A program made the translations under genes and the position numbers. The notes beneath the pieces were generated by a model. That model was not told the DNA's origin, made no database searches, and saw only the letters and a program-made list of their open reading frames with translations. 64,000 bases of DNA from Octopus sinensis. Its lineage: Eukaryota. Shown here one piece after another: positions 36,809 through 50,385 of the stretch; position 1 is the stretch's first letter, and each line of letters starts with the position of its first letter. The stretch lies in assembly GCF_006345805.1 (NCBI RefSeq), contig NC_043023.1, positions 10,044,001 to 10,108,000 of the forward strand. The letters are read 5' to 3'.

Positions 36809-39420
36809 AAGACCAGCTCGGAGGAGAAGAGTCTGGAAACTTAAAGATCCTGAAAATGGACGGAGATTTAGAGAAGTTCTACTCGAAGCTTTCGACGAAA
36901 TAGAAAGGGATATAGCATCACATAATGTGGAAGCCAACTGGAGGTTTCTACGGGACAATCTGCTGAGAGCCACTGACCAGATCTGTGGGTGGAGCAAAGT
37001 CCCATCTCATCCCAGGGTAACATGGTGGTGGAACAATGTTGTAGACAGGGCTATTAGAGACAAGAGACAGGCTTGGAAGGACTGGAGGAAACGCGGTAGT
37101 AGGGAATTGTATCAGACTGCGAAAAGAGAAGCTAGGAGACAGGTATATTTAGCTAGAGGGGAAGCAGATTAGAAAAAATTTGCCAATGTTCTGCACCGCG
37201 AGGACCAAAGACTTGAGGTGTTTCGTGTTGCAAGACAGTGTGTGAGAGAGAATCGTGATGTGGTAGGAGAGAAATGTGTCCGCATGGATGATGGTTCACT
37301 TGCGCTAAATGAGGATGCAAAGAGAGAGGTTTGGAGATGCCACTATGAAAGGTTGCTCAACAAAGAGAATGAATGGGATAATGAGAGTCTGCCGAATGTT
37401 GACCCAATAGAGGGACCAGCTATCCGAGTTGACAGTTCCATGGTAATTAAGGCAATTGGAAGCATGAAGACAGGGAAAGCCCCAGGCCCATCAGGAATTA
37501 CTGCTGAGATGCTCAAAATATCTGGCAGTGTCGGCTATAGCCTAGTCACCCGTATAGTTAACCAGGTGATACACGAAGAAGTCATACCCAATGACTGGTG
37601 TAGCAGCATAATAGTTAACTGCTACAAGGTAAAGGTGACGCCCTAGATACAAATAACTACAGGGGTATCAAGCTGCTGGATCAGGTAATGAAGGTTACGG
37701 AGAGCGTTATAGCCCAACTAATTAGAGAGAGAATTAGCTTAGATGAGATGCAGTTTGGGTTCGTGCCAGGGAGAAGTACTACTGATGCTATATTCCTGGT
37801 AAGACAGCTGCAGGAGAAATACCTAGCCAAAGATAAGCCCCTGTACCTGGCTTTTGTCGATATGGAGAAAGCCTTCGACAGGGTCCCCCGATCCCTTATC
37901 TGGTGGTCAATGAGGAAACTAGGGATAGATGAATGGTTAGTGAGTGCTGTGCGTGCTACGTACAGGGACGCTGTTAGTAAGGTGAGGGTTGGCAACGAGT
38001 ACAGTGAAGAATTCCGGGTGGAGGTTGGGGTCCACCAAGGCTCAGTCCTCACCCCCCTCCTATTTATCATAGTCCTCCAGGCAATAACGGAGGAATTCAA
38101 GACAGGATGCCCCTGGGCGCTCCTCTATGCTGACGACCTTGCTCTAATTGCTGAATCACTATCAGAACTCGAGGTGAAGTTTCAGGCGTGGAAGCAAGGA
38201 TTATAATCGAAGGGCCTTAGAGTCAATCTAGCTAAAACCAAAGTCCTAATAAGTAGGAAGGTAGACAAATCTCAAACACCTTTAGGTAGATGGCCCTGCT
38301 CGATCTGTAGAAAAGGCGTAGGTAGGAACTCTATAAGATGCACCAAGTGTAAGCTATGGACACATAAGAGGTGCAACAATGTCAAAGGAAGGCTAACTAG
38401 GAAGATAGTTTTTGTATGTGGCAGATGCTCTGTTCAAATAAAGACTGAAGAAGCGCAGAGACCATCTTCCGCCACATTCCAGGAGAAAAACTTAAAATTG
38501 TTGATAGTTTCCGTTACTAGGTGACCAAGGTGGGTGTGCTGAAAGTGTAACTGCTAGAGTAAGAATAGCCTGGGCAAAGTTCAGAGAGCACTTACCTCTG
38601 CTGGTGACAAAAGGCCTCTCGCTCAGAGTAAAAGGCAGACTGTATGACGCATGTGTGCGAACAGCCATGCTACATGGCAGTGAAACATGGGTGTGACTGA
38701 CTGAGGATATGCGTAAGCTCGCAAAAATAAAGCCAGTATGCTCCGTTGGATTGTGTAATGTCAGTGTTCATACCCGACAGAGTGTAAGTGCCTTGAGAGG
38801 TAAAGTTGAACCTAAGAAGCATCAGATGTGGTGTGCAAAGAGAGGCATCTACGCTGGTATGGACACGTAGTAAGAATGGATGAAGATAGTGTGTGAAAAA
38901 GTGCCACACCCTAGCGGTTGAGGGAACCTGTGGAAGAGGTATAACCCAGGAAAACCTGGGACGAGGTGGTGAAGAACGACCTTCCGCTTTAGGTCTCACT
39001 GAGGAAATGACCAGAGACCGAGACCCTTTGGAAGTATGCTGTGCGCGAGAAGACCCGGCAGGACACATGAGGCCATAAACCCATGGCCCTACCTGGGACG
39101 TAGTCAGTCCACCTGTGCATACCTTCCTTCTTGGGACACATAACTCTACTTGTGAAGACCTGTTGAGGCAAGTGAAAATCAAATCAAATCAAAATCGATG
39201 AACATCAATAGAATTTGTATTTTTGTGGTACCAGTGCTGGTGGCACGTAAGAAAACCATCCGAATGTGGCCATAGCCAGTACCGCATTGACTGGCCTCCA
39301 TGCTGTGGGCACGTAACAAACACCATCCGATCGTCGCTGTATTTACCCGGTGCATATCGCCACACACTCCCGGAACTGACGGCATCGATCGCGCCTATGT
39401 TAAACGATGATGATGATGAT
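36805..39420 (+). mobile_element. RTE-clade LINE, 5' truncated, with stops and frameshifts
   Basis: RT motifs QFGFVPGRSTTDAIF, AFVDMEKAFDRV, GVHQGSVL, YADD at 38126-38137; stop codons near 37170, 37644 and 38204; (GAT)n tail. Confidence 0.97.
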
Positions 39421-39699
39421 ATATACACACCTATATATATGTAATTTGGGTGTATGAGAATATATATATGTTTATGATCTAAAAGGCTCCAGATAGGGCG
39501 TGGTTTGAAAAAATCTTATGAATTTGAGCCATATTCATTATTCAATAGAAATCTAATCTGTTTCTCCTCTAAATATTTAACTTTCTAAGTAAAGCGACAC
39601 GTGACTTAATATGAAAATGAAATGAGAGGGAGAGACTAAGAGAGAGAGGGGGAGAGGAGGGAGAGAAGAGACAGAGGGTGGGGCGAGAAAGCATAGAGA

Positions 39700-40372
39700 G
39701 ATATAACAACGCAACAACTCTGAGAGTGTAGTGGGTGCTTTTACGTACGACTGGCACGAGGGCCAGTCGGCAGTACTGGCAATGGTTCACACTCGAAAGG
39801 GTGAATTTATGTGCCACCTGCACAGAAGCCATCAGCTGCTCTGGCAATGATCATGCTCAGATGGGTGCTCTTAGTGCTCACTGGATGGGTGTCAGTCATT
39901 GAATTTGCGAATTTGATTCAATTTCAATTTCACTTGCCTCAACAGGGCTTCGCAAGCAGAGTTTAGTGTCCAATGAAGGAAAGGTATGCATAACTGCGCT
40001 GGTTACACCCCTGGCATAGGCCACTCGGTTTGCTGGGTCTTCTCATGCACTGCATATTTCCAAAGGGGTCCTCAGTCACTAGTCATTGCCTCGGTGAGGC
40101 CTAAAGTTGTTTGAAGGTTGTGCTTCACACTCATCCCAGGTCTTCTGGGTCTACCTCTTCCACAGGTTCCCCCAACACTAGGATGTGGCACTTTTTCACA
40201 CAGCTATCCTTATCCATTTTCACCACATGTCAATACCAGCGCATTCGTCTCCCTTGCACACCATATCTGATGTTTCTTAGATCCACCTTTCTCTCAAAGA
40301 TGCTTACACTCTGTCGAGTATGCACAGACATTACACATCCAGCGGAGCATACTGGCTTCATTCCTTGCGAGG
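39700..40372 (-). mobile_element. Older RTE 3' fragment, inverted relative to 36805-39420
   Basis: Reverse complement aligns with 38730-39330. Confidence 0.8.
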
Positions 40373-40389
40373 CTGTTTACAAAAGGCCT

Positions 40390-41165
40390 TCAAGACAAAC
40401 CAGAGGAAAATTTACTGAAATGGTCTTGGTTCACCAAGGCAGTTCTCCAGGACACAAATCTGTTCCAATGGCTGCTGGTTTAACTGTGGATTTGAACTTG
40501 TTGACATCGATTTATCAATCCACCCTTGACAGAGCCAAAACACTCCGAATCTGGCCATTCTGCTGGTTGCTGTCTATTTGGTGTCAAATTTCTTTTCATC
40601 AGTGAACCCCAGTTAGGGCAGCATGCTTTCAACAATCTCACGCATGATAAGACGATTCTCTCCACTCTCATGGCTTCGTAAACTTGTATGAAGCTCAAGA
40701 CAATGGATCATCTTTTAGCGTTGGGTCCTGAGACCCTCCTTCAGTACTGGGATCATTGATGTTCAGCATCATTTTTCTGAGGGAATGATGAGGATTTCCC
40801 CATATCTTCTCTCTGGTACTTATGATAAGCTGAGTGGTCTGCACATTGCTTTTTTGGCCACGTCCAGAGTGATCAGCTGTGGAACCAGTCTCTTGAAATT
40901 TCTTCACACTTTTCTTGACTGTTGTTCGGTTACTTTTAAGCATTTTTTTGCTATAGTTGTATTACTTTCGCCTCCTTGGAGAGTATTAGGATTGAATTTC
41001 GGTCTGTAGCCATTATCTAATCTATAAATATAATTTATTTAGTCTGAAGCAAACACAAGACACACTAAGCTTTTACAATGATGTATAATTTTCATATCTT
41101 TTCGCATCTATTGATTGTCATTAAAGTTCAAAATTGGGGGCCTTAATTTCGGAACACCTGTACAA
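40390..41165 (-). mobile_element. Tc1/mariner-family transposase relic
   Basis: HTH-like TVKKSVKKFQETGSTADHSGRG...IWGNPHHSLRKM; FTDEKKFD catalytic motif; TIR-like TA|CAGGTGTTCCGAAATT at about 41145-41162. Confidence 0.8.
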
Positions 41166-41218
41166 CACACTCACATACACATTTTCATTATCTTCTTCTC
41201 TCTCTCTCTATCTCTCTC

Positions 41219-41267
<49 letters not shown>

Positions 41268-41730
41268 AATACACATACATAAATACATAGATACAAACAT
41301 AATTAAAATACGGTTCCAGGAAATAGATGGTAAAGTTTTTATTTTTCATTCCCTTCGACAATTTATCCCTAATTAGTGGTTTGGACTTTAGCTGTTCCTT
41401 CTAGTGTGAGGTAGTCCAAGATGGACACCCTTATTGTGTTTAAATGTACACTGTATTTTATACATACAAACATATGTACTCACCACAATATAATGTAACT
41501 CATAATTTCTTTGTAGACGACCTGAGATTTATGCTAAAAGTGTTACCAAGGCCAAAAACAACTGGAATTAATTCCAACCTTTTCAGCTGAGATAGGCATG
41601 GAATTTGGCCAAAAGAAATGTTCAAATTGGTTATAGAACAAGGAAAGTCAGACCCCAAACCCAAACCAGTGCATCAACGGTCTCTCCCGCTCCTCTCTCT
41701 CTCTCTCTCTCTCTGTCTTTTTATGTATAT

Positions 41731-42012
41731 CTCTTTACTTTTTACTCTTTTACTTGTTTCAGTCATTGGACTGCGGCCATGCTGGGGCACCGCCTTTCGT
41801 CGAGCAAATCAACCACGAGACTTATATTCTTTGTAAGCCCATACTTGTTTTATCGGTCTCTTTTGCTGAATTGCTAAGTGACGGGGACGTAAACACACCA
41901 GCATCGGTTGTCAAGCAATGCTAGGAGGACAACACAGACACATAAACACATACACACATATATATACATATATACGACAGCTTCTTTCAGTTTCCGTCTA
42001 CCAAATCCACTT
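41731..42012 (-). mobile_element. Family A SINE, 5' truncated
   Basis: Matches the 3' two-thirds of 27459-27852. Confidence 0.85.
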
Positions 42013-42174
42013 ACAATACACTCCCATAAATACATATGTACATACATACATAAAGGTATAAAACAGACATGCCATCATAATTACATATATATACATACAC
42101 GCATACATGTATACAAAATATGATAGCAGAGTGCTGTAAAGTTAATATTTAAGTTGAATGATTAACTTAAAACC

Positions 42175-44580
42175 AACTGGATAAATTCCAACCTTTTCAG
42201 CTGCTATTGCTAGACGGCCGTTCATCCGACCTTTCAACAGGTCTTGTTTTATTGTTGGGTTTCTAGCAACGCTCCTCATCTGGATATCCAGGTGGGGTTG
42301 CCAGTTTAGTTGCTGACAACCCAACCATGTAACTGGTTGTACTGGATTCCATGTTACCAGCAGCACTTATGAGAGCCTGTGTAGTGACTGACATACAGAC
42401 AGACATACATAGATACATACATACATATTTGCATACTTACAAACACATACATACAGACATACATACAGACATACATACATATAACATGCAAATACATACA
42501 TGCATACACACATACATGCATACATACATACATACATACGCACATACATGCATACATACATACATATATATTTGCATGCTTACAAACACATACCTACACC
42601 ATTACATACAAACATACACACACCCATACATATATACATGCATGCATAAAAATAATTGCACATACATGCAGATTCATACATGCATGCAAGCACACATACA
42701 TACACATATATACACACATACATATGCACCACCAGTTTTAGACGTATCAGTTTTCCGATTCAGTGTTTTGTCCGACATTTGAAATCAGGATAAAAATACT
42801 TAAAATACTTGAAACGAACACAAAATAAAGAAACAGGATAGAAATTGATTGTTGCATAAGAAAATATGATAGCAGAGTGTGTAAAGTAATATTTATGTTG
42901 ACCGATTTCTCAATCACAACGTGACTAACATCTCAGGTTTGGCACTATTTGTTGACGATATTAAATTACGCCAGGTGTCCATTATTCTCGTTAATTTATG
43001 GAAAGTGATCTTCTCTAAAATTAACAATGATTATCTTGTTGCTAGTGTTGGTGGTGTTTTGTGTGTGTATTTGATATTGTTGGCATTGTTATTGTTGTTG
43101 CCCTCTCTTCCAGTTATCTGATCAAATGGCTGAATTGCAGCCACACATATATTGTCCCTGATATACATATGACTGCATCAAGCTGACACCATAGAGCACG
43201 GGTTCGATGTGTGTTGCGGGAAATGCACCCACGTTTACTTCTTGTGCTATCTCTAGCGAACATTTGATTCTAGTGAGTTCTAATTTTAGATGTTGTTGTC
43301 CAGCTCCCAGATCATCTCTAATCCAGAAATCATTTGCTTAAAGACGTTCTAGCCATGACCATCCTGTCTTTTGGCTATGAGTAATGTCAAAATTACATTA
43401 TCTACAATAGCCTTTCTTTCTTATAACAGTAAGGCGTGAGCTGAGTGAGGTTTAGCTGCTTTTTCTATCGGGTCTTCACGATAGCCAATTGAGAGCTTTG
43501 CAGTAATTGTTGCGATTCTCTATGTTCTGAGATCAAATCCAGCTGAAGTCAAATTCTTTCAGGGTCAATAGATAAACTACTAGATATAGCTACCTCACCT
43601 GAGAACTGCACTTATCTCATTAAGGGCCCAACACAAGGTATTTGAATAAATCACAGAGTTGGTCTGAGCAGAAATGTGTAGGTTGGTTGTGGTTGTGGTT
43701 GTGGTAGTGTTGATGATGCAGGTGGTGGTGGTGGTGATGGTGATGGTATAGGTGCAGAATGATGGTGGTGGGGTCATGGTGATAGTGATGGTCCTTTTTG
43801 CAGGGAAGGTCAGTTTTGGAGTAGTTGTAGCTGTTTAGTCACAATTCAGCCCAGGTCCTTCAAACCTAGAATCAAAGACACTCCATCCATGACATACACT
43901 TTGGATTAACTTTTCACACTATCCCACCATGATTGAAAATATTAAGTAGCAGTAATATACTGTTCCTGTTTATCTATTCATTAATTCTCTTTCTCAGGTT
44001 TTGAGGCATTGTGTAGGCTATGGGCACTGCCTTACTTTCTTTCACTAATTAATTAGCATGCTTTATGCACAAATACTTTATATGCATATATATGTGCATC
44101 AGTCTATGATTGTTACATGCACATACTGCATGCACATGTATATGTTTGTTTGTGTTTGTACATACATAAAAACAACACAAGAATCCCAAAACGAACTTCA
44201 ATACAATATATCTCAAAATAACGAGGGGAATATCCGAGTGGATTTTGACATCAAATTACCAATCGAACCCCGATGGATCCAGATACACTTCAAGGCTGGC
44301 CATTTTGCTGGTTGACTGTCTATTCAACGTCAGATTTCTTTTCATCAGTGAACAGCAGTTAGGGCAGCATGCCTTCAACAGTCTCCTTGGAGAGTATTAT
44401 GATTGTATTTCGGTCTATAGCCATTATCTGAGCTATAAATCTGAATTTATTTGGTCTGAAGCAAACACAAGACACACTATCTATTGATAGTCATTAAAGC
44501 CCGAAACTTTGGTTCCCTTAATTTCGGAACACCAATATAAACCCACCCAATACACGCATTATCATTATTTCCTTCTCTCT
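42175..44580 (+). repeat. Tandem segmental duplication, copy A
   Basis: Collinear with 46332-48840; partial third copy at 48955-49260. Confidence 0.95.
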
Positions 44581-44639
44581 CCCTCCCACTTCACAATTTC
44601 TCTCTCTCCCCTCTCTCTCTCTGTATATACATACACACA

Positions 44640-44653
44640 CACACACACCACAC

Positions 44654-44686
<33 letters not shown>

Positions 44687-45296
44687 ATATATATATAATA
44701 TATATATATGTATATATATGTGGTATATTATATATGTATATATATATATGGTGGTATATATATATATGTATATATATATGTGTGTATATATATATATGTA
44801 TATATATATGTGTGTATATTATATATGTCTATTATATATGTGTGTGTATATATATGAGTCTATATATATATGTATATATATATATGTATATGTATATATA
44901 TTATGTATATGTATATATATTTATATATATATGTATATATATATATATATATGTACATCTTTAATATTTATATATGTTTATACATAACATATATATATAT
45001 GTATGTATATATATATATATATGTACATATATATATGTATATATACATACATATATATATATGTACATATATATATGTATATATACATACATATATATAT
45101 ATGTATGTATATATATATATATATATAATGTACATATATATATGTATATATACATACATATATAGATGTATGTATATATATATATATATATGTACATATA
45201 TAATGTATATATACATACCTATATATGTATGTATATATATTATATATGTTATGTACTATATATATAGTATATATACTTACATTATATATATGTATG

Positions 45297-45337
<41 letters not shown>

Positions 45338-45549
45338 CATGTGTGTATATATGTAATATATATATATACCTATATATTATATATATATGTGTGTGTGTAT
45401 ATATATATACATATATATATATGTGTGTGTGTATATATATATACATATATATATATACATATATACATATATACACACATATATGTATGTATTATATAGA
45501 TATATATATGTATATGTATATAATATATATATATATGTATATGCATAAT

Positions 45550-45590
<41 letters not shown>

Positions 45591-46010
45591 TATATGTATA
45601 TGTATATGTATATATGTATATGTATATATGTATATGTATATGTAATAGTATGTATATATAATATGTATCTATATATATATGTATATATATATATATGTAA
45701 TATATATGTATATATATGTATATATATATATGTATATATATATGTATATATATGTATATATATATATGTATATATATGTATTATATATAATATGTATATA
45801 TATATAATGTATCTATATATATGTTATTATATATATATGTATATAATATATATGTTTATATATGTATATATGTTATGTATATATAGATTGTATATATGAT
45901 ATGTATATGTATTATAATGTATAATATGTATATGTATAATATATATTGTATATTATATGTATATATATATATATGTATATATGTATGTATATGTATATAT
46001 GTATGTATAT

Positions 46011-46063
<53 letters not shown>

Positions 46064-46072
46064 GTATGATAA

Positions 46073-46110
<38 letters not shown>

Positions 46111-46170
46111 TATATATGTATAATATATTATATATATATATGTATATATAATATATATATATATATATAT
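44640..46170. repeat. 1.5 kb (TA)n/(TATG)n microsatellite
   Basis: Directly visible. Confidence 0.98.
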
Positions 46171-46331
46171 GCAGCAACAATATAGATTCAAATGAATATG
46201 GTATTTATTTAGCTACACCAGAATTTTGTATGGTGTTATCCATAAAAATTGCGGGGTGATTATGATCCAAAGTAAGTACAAAGAAGACTCCGGTATTTTG
46301 GTACAATTGTTTCGCACACACATTTTATTAA

Positions 46332-48833
46332 AACTGGAATAAATTCCAACCTTTTCAGCTGCTATTGCTAGACAGCCCTTCATCCGACCTTTCAACAGGT
46401 CTTGTTTTTGAATTTTGTTGGGTTTTCCCTAGCACACGCTCCTCATCTGGGTATCCAGGTGGGTTCCAGTTAGTTGTGGCTGACAACCCAACCAGCAACT
46501 GGTTTGTACTGGATTCCATGTTACCACCGAGCGCAACTTATGAGAGCCTTGTAAGTGGACCTGACATACACAGACATACATAGAATACATACTACATAAT
46601 TTTGCATACTTACAAACACAATACATATAGACATACATACTGTGCATACATACAGACATACATTATACATGCATGCATACATACATACATGCATACACCA
46701 TACCATGCATACACACATACCTACATACATACATACATACCTGCATACATACATATGCACATACATATATCCATACATACATACCTGCATACATCCATGC
46801 TGCATGCATACATAATCATACATACATCATATATTTTCAATGCTTGCAAACACATACCTACCACATACATACAAACATACACACACACATACATATATAA
46901 TGCATGCAATAAATACATCTGCACATACATGCAGATTCATACATGCATGCAAGCACACATACTACACATATATAACACATACATAGCACCACCATTTTAG
47001 ACGTATCAGTTTTTCCGCTTCAGTGTTTTGTCCGACATTTTGAAATCAGGATAAAAATACCTTAAAATACTTGAAAACGAACACAAATAAAGAAACCGGA
47101 TGAGAATTGATTGTTGCATAGAAAATATGATAGCAGAGTGTGTAAAGTATATTATGTTGACCGATTTCTCACTCACAACGTGACTAACATCTCAGGTTTG
47201 GCACTATAGGTTGACGATATTAAATTACGCCAGGTGTCCATTATTCTCGTTAATTTATGGAAAGTGATCTTCTCTAAAATTAACAATGATTATCTTGTTG
47301 CTAGTGTTGGTGGTGTTTTGTTGTGTAATTGATATTGTTGGCATTGTTATTGTTGTGGCTCCTCTCTCTCTTCCAGTTTCTGATCAAATGGCTGAATTGC
47401 AGCCACACATATATTGTCCCTGATATAATATGACTGCATCAAGCTGACACCATAGAGCACGGTTCGATGTGTGTCGCGGGAAATGCGGCCACGTCTACCT
47501 CTGTGCTAATCTCTAGCGAACATTTGATTCTAGTGCAGTTTCTAATTTTAGATGTTGTTGTCCAGCTCCAGATCATCTCTAATCCAGAAATCATTTGCTT
47601 AAAGACGTTCTAGCCATGACCATCCTGTCCTTTGGCTATGAGTAATGTCAAAATTACATTATCTACAATAGCCTTTCTTTCTTATAACAGTAGGCGTGAG
47701 CTGAGTGAGGTTTAGCCTGCTTTTCTATCGGGTCTTCACGATAGCCAATGAGAGCTTTGCAGTAATTGTTGCGATTCTCTATGTTCTGAGATCAATCCAG
47801 CTGAAGTCAAATTCTTTCAGGGTCAATAGATAAACTACTAGATATAGCTACCTCACCTGAGAACTGCACTTATCTCATTAAGGGCCCAACACAAGGCATT
47901 TGAATAAATCACAGAGTTGGTCTGAGCAGAAATGTGTAGGTTGGTTGTGGTTGTGGTTGTGGTAGTGTTGATGATGCAGGTGGTGGTGGTGGTGGTGGTG
48001 ATGGTATAGGTTGCAGAATTGATGGTGGTTGGGGTCATGGTGATAGTGATGGTCCTTTTTGCAAGGGAAGGTCAGTTTTGGAGTAGTTGTAGCTGTTTAG
48101 TCACAATTCAGCCCAGGTCCTTCAAACCTAGAATCAAAGACACTCCATCCATGACATACTCTTTGGATTAACTTTTCACACTATCCCACCACTGGTTGAA
48201 AATATTAAGTAGCAATAATATACTGTTCCTGTTTATCTCATCTAATTCTCTTTCTCAGGTTTTGAGGCCTTGTGTAGGCTATGGGCACTGCCTTACTTTC
48301 TTTCACTAATTAATTAGCATGCTTTATGCACAAATACTTTATATGCATATATATGTGCATCAGTCTATGATTGCTACATGCACATACTGCATGCACATGT
48401 ATGTTTATTTGTTTGTGTTCGTACATACATAAAAACAAGACAAGAATCCCAAAACGAACTTCAATACAATATATCTCAAAATAACAATGGAATATCTGAG
48501 TGGATTTTCAAATTAAATTACTAATTGAACCCCGATGGATCCAGGTACACTCCAAGGCTGGCCATTTTGCTGGTTTACAGTCTATTCAATGTGAAATTTC
48601 TTTTCATCAGTGAACAGCAGTTAGGGCAGCATGCCTTCAACAATCTCCTTGGAGAGTATTATGATTGTATTTCGGTCTATAGCCATTATCTGAGCTATAA
48701 ATCTGAATTTATTTGGTCTGAAGCAAACACAAAACCCACTATCTATTGATAGTCATTAAAGCCCTAAACTTTGGTTGCCTTAATTTCTGAACACCAATAT
48801 AAACACCACCCAATACACGCATTATCATTATTT

Positions 48834-48840
<7 letters not shown>
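46332..48840 (+). repeat. Tandem segmental duplication, copy B
   Basis: Collinear with 42175-44580, with many 1-bp indels. Confidence 0.95.
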
Positions 48841-48872
<32 letters not shown>

Positions 48873-49659
48873 TATATATATATATACACACACGCAAGTA
48901 CTCATACGTAAGTACGTACGCACAAATGTATGTACTTACATACAATATCATTTTAACTCATAATTTCTTTGTAGACGAACTGAAGATTTATGCTAAAAGT
49001 GTTAACAATGCTTAAAATCAACTGGAATGAATTCCAACCTTTTCAGCTGATTTACGCTTCATAGCCATTCATCCGACCTTTCAACAGGTCTTGTTTTTAA
49101 TCCTGCTGGGTTTTTAGCTACCCTCCTCATCTGGATATCCAGGTGGGGTTGCCAGTTTAATTGCTGACAACCCGACCATGCAACATGTTGTACTGGATTC
49201 CGTGTTACCAGTAGCACTTATGAAAGGCTCATAAGTGACTTGAGATACATGCATGCAAGCATACATATATAGATGCATACATACATACATAAATGGATAC
49301 ATACATACATACATACAAACATACATATGTGCATACATACATACATGCATACATACATACATGCATACATACATACATGCATACATACATACATGCATAC
49401 ATACTGCTGTAAGCCCCAAAGATGGCCAATTTGATTACAAAAAGTATTAAATTCCTTATCTCTAATTTCTTTATTTCTTTTAAATGAATATAAACCATGT
49501 GCTTAATAAGATCTATATATAATATATATGCTTAATATAGATCCAATGTTTTAAGGGAATTTCATTCCCCCAAAATTCTAGGTATTGAATCAGTATTTCC
49601 TTGAATACAACTATCCCTTCAAAAGGCTAACATATCCCCTAATTATATGCATACATATA

Positions 49660-49706
<47 letters not shown>

Positions 49707-50385
49707 GTGTTAAATACATTATATGTATGTACATACATATATATATTATATGAATGTATGCATGTATGTATGTGGGCATATATTTATTTTGGTTTTACAT
49801 ATTTTTCTAAATTCACACAAAAGGGTGACTTAAGTTTAGAATAAAGACAAGTCCCACCCATGCTAGCATGGAAAGTGGATGTTAAACGATGATGATGATG
49901 ATACGTACATGATGATACGTACATTTCAAAAATTATGAAAAGCTTACGTCATACTAAATGAATTGAATTACACTTTGAAAGGATAAATTGTAAACAACAT
50001 TTAAGGTTACAGAGATTCAAGTCACTTAAGGAGTGGCTTGATATTGAGTGAATGTAATATAAGAAGATAGAATGTATAGATAAATAAAATTCCACGAAAA
50101 ACACAATGAATAGCCTTATTGGCTGAGACGACTTACCTCCTGATTATTATTTAACTAAGAAACTAAAACCAGTTTGTTCATTACAGCGAGAGAAATCCAA
50201 CTGAAAACCTCGAAACAAACTTACTCAGGTGAAAACCTTAAAACTCAAACTTATCCAACTGAAAACTTCGGATTCAACTGATTCAAGGTAAAGAAAAAAT
50301 TTTCTTGTCTTAAATCTTGTCATATATATATTTATATAATATTCTATCCTTTACTACTGAAAGCTGCGGCCATGCTGGGGCACAC

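Noticed and set aside
41505-41650. FVDDLR.YAK...TFSA.IGMEFGQKKCSKL RT-like scrap (also 48960-49050)
   Set aside because: Probably a non-LTR RT remnant, but too short and frameshifted to assign a clade.
44509-46191. Many long Y/I/M/C-rich ORFs (also at 923-1369, 26266, 32108-33846, 42351, 46521, 54182)
   Set aside because: They are translations of (TA)n, (TG)n and (TACA)n microsatellites, which lack stop codons in some frames.
50176-50260. Three ~27 bp imperfect repeats (CCAACTGAAAACCT...)
   Set aside because: A short degenerate minisatellite with no further structure.
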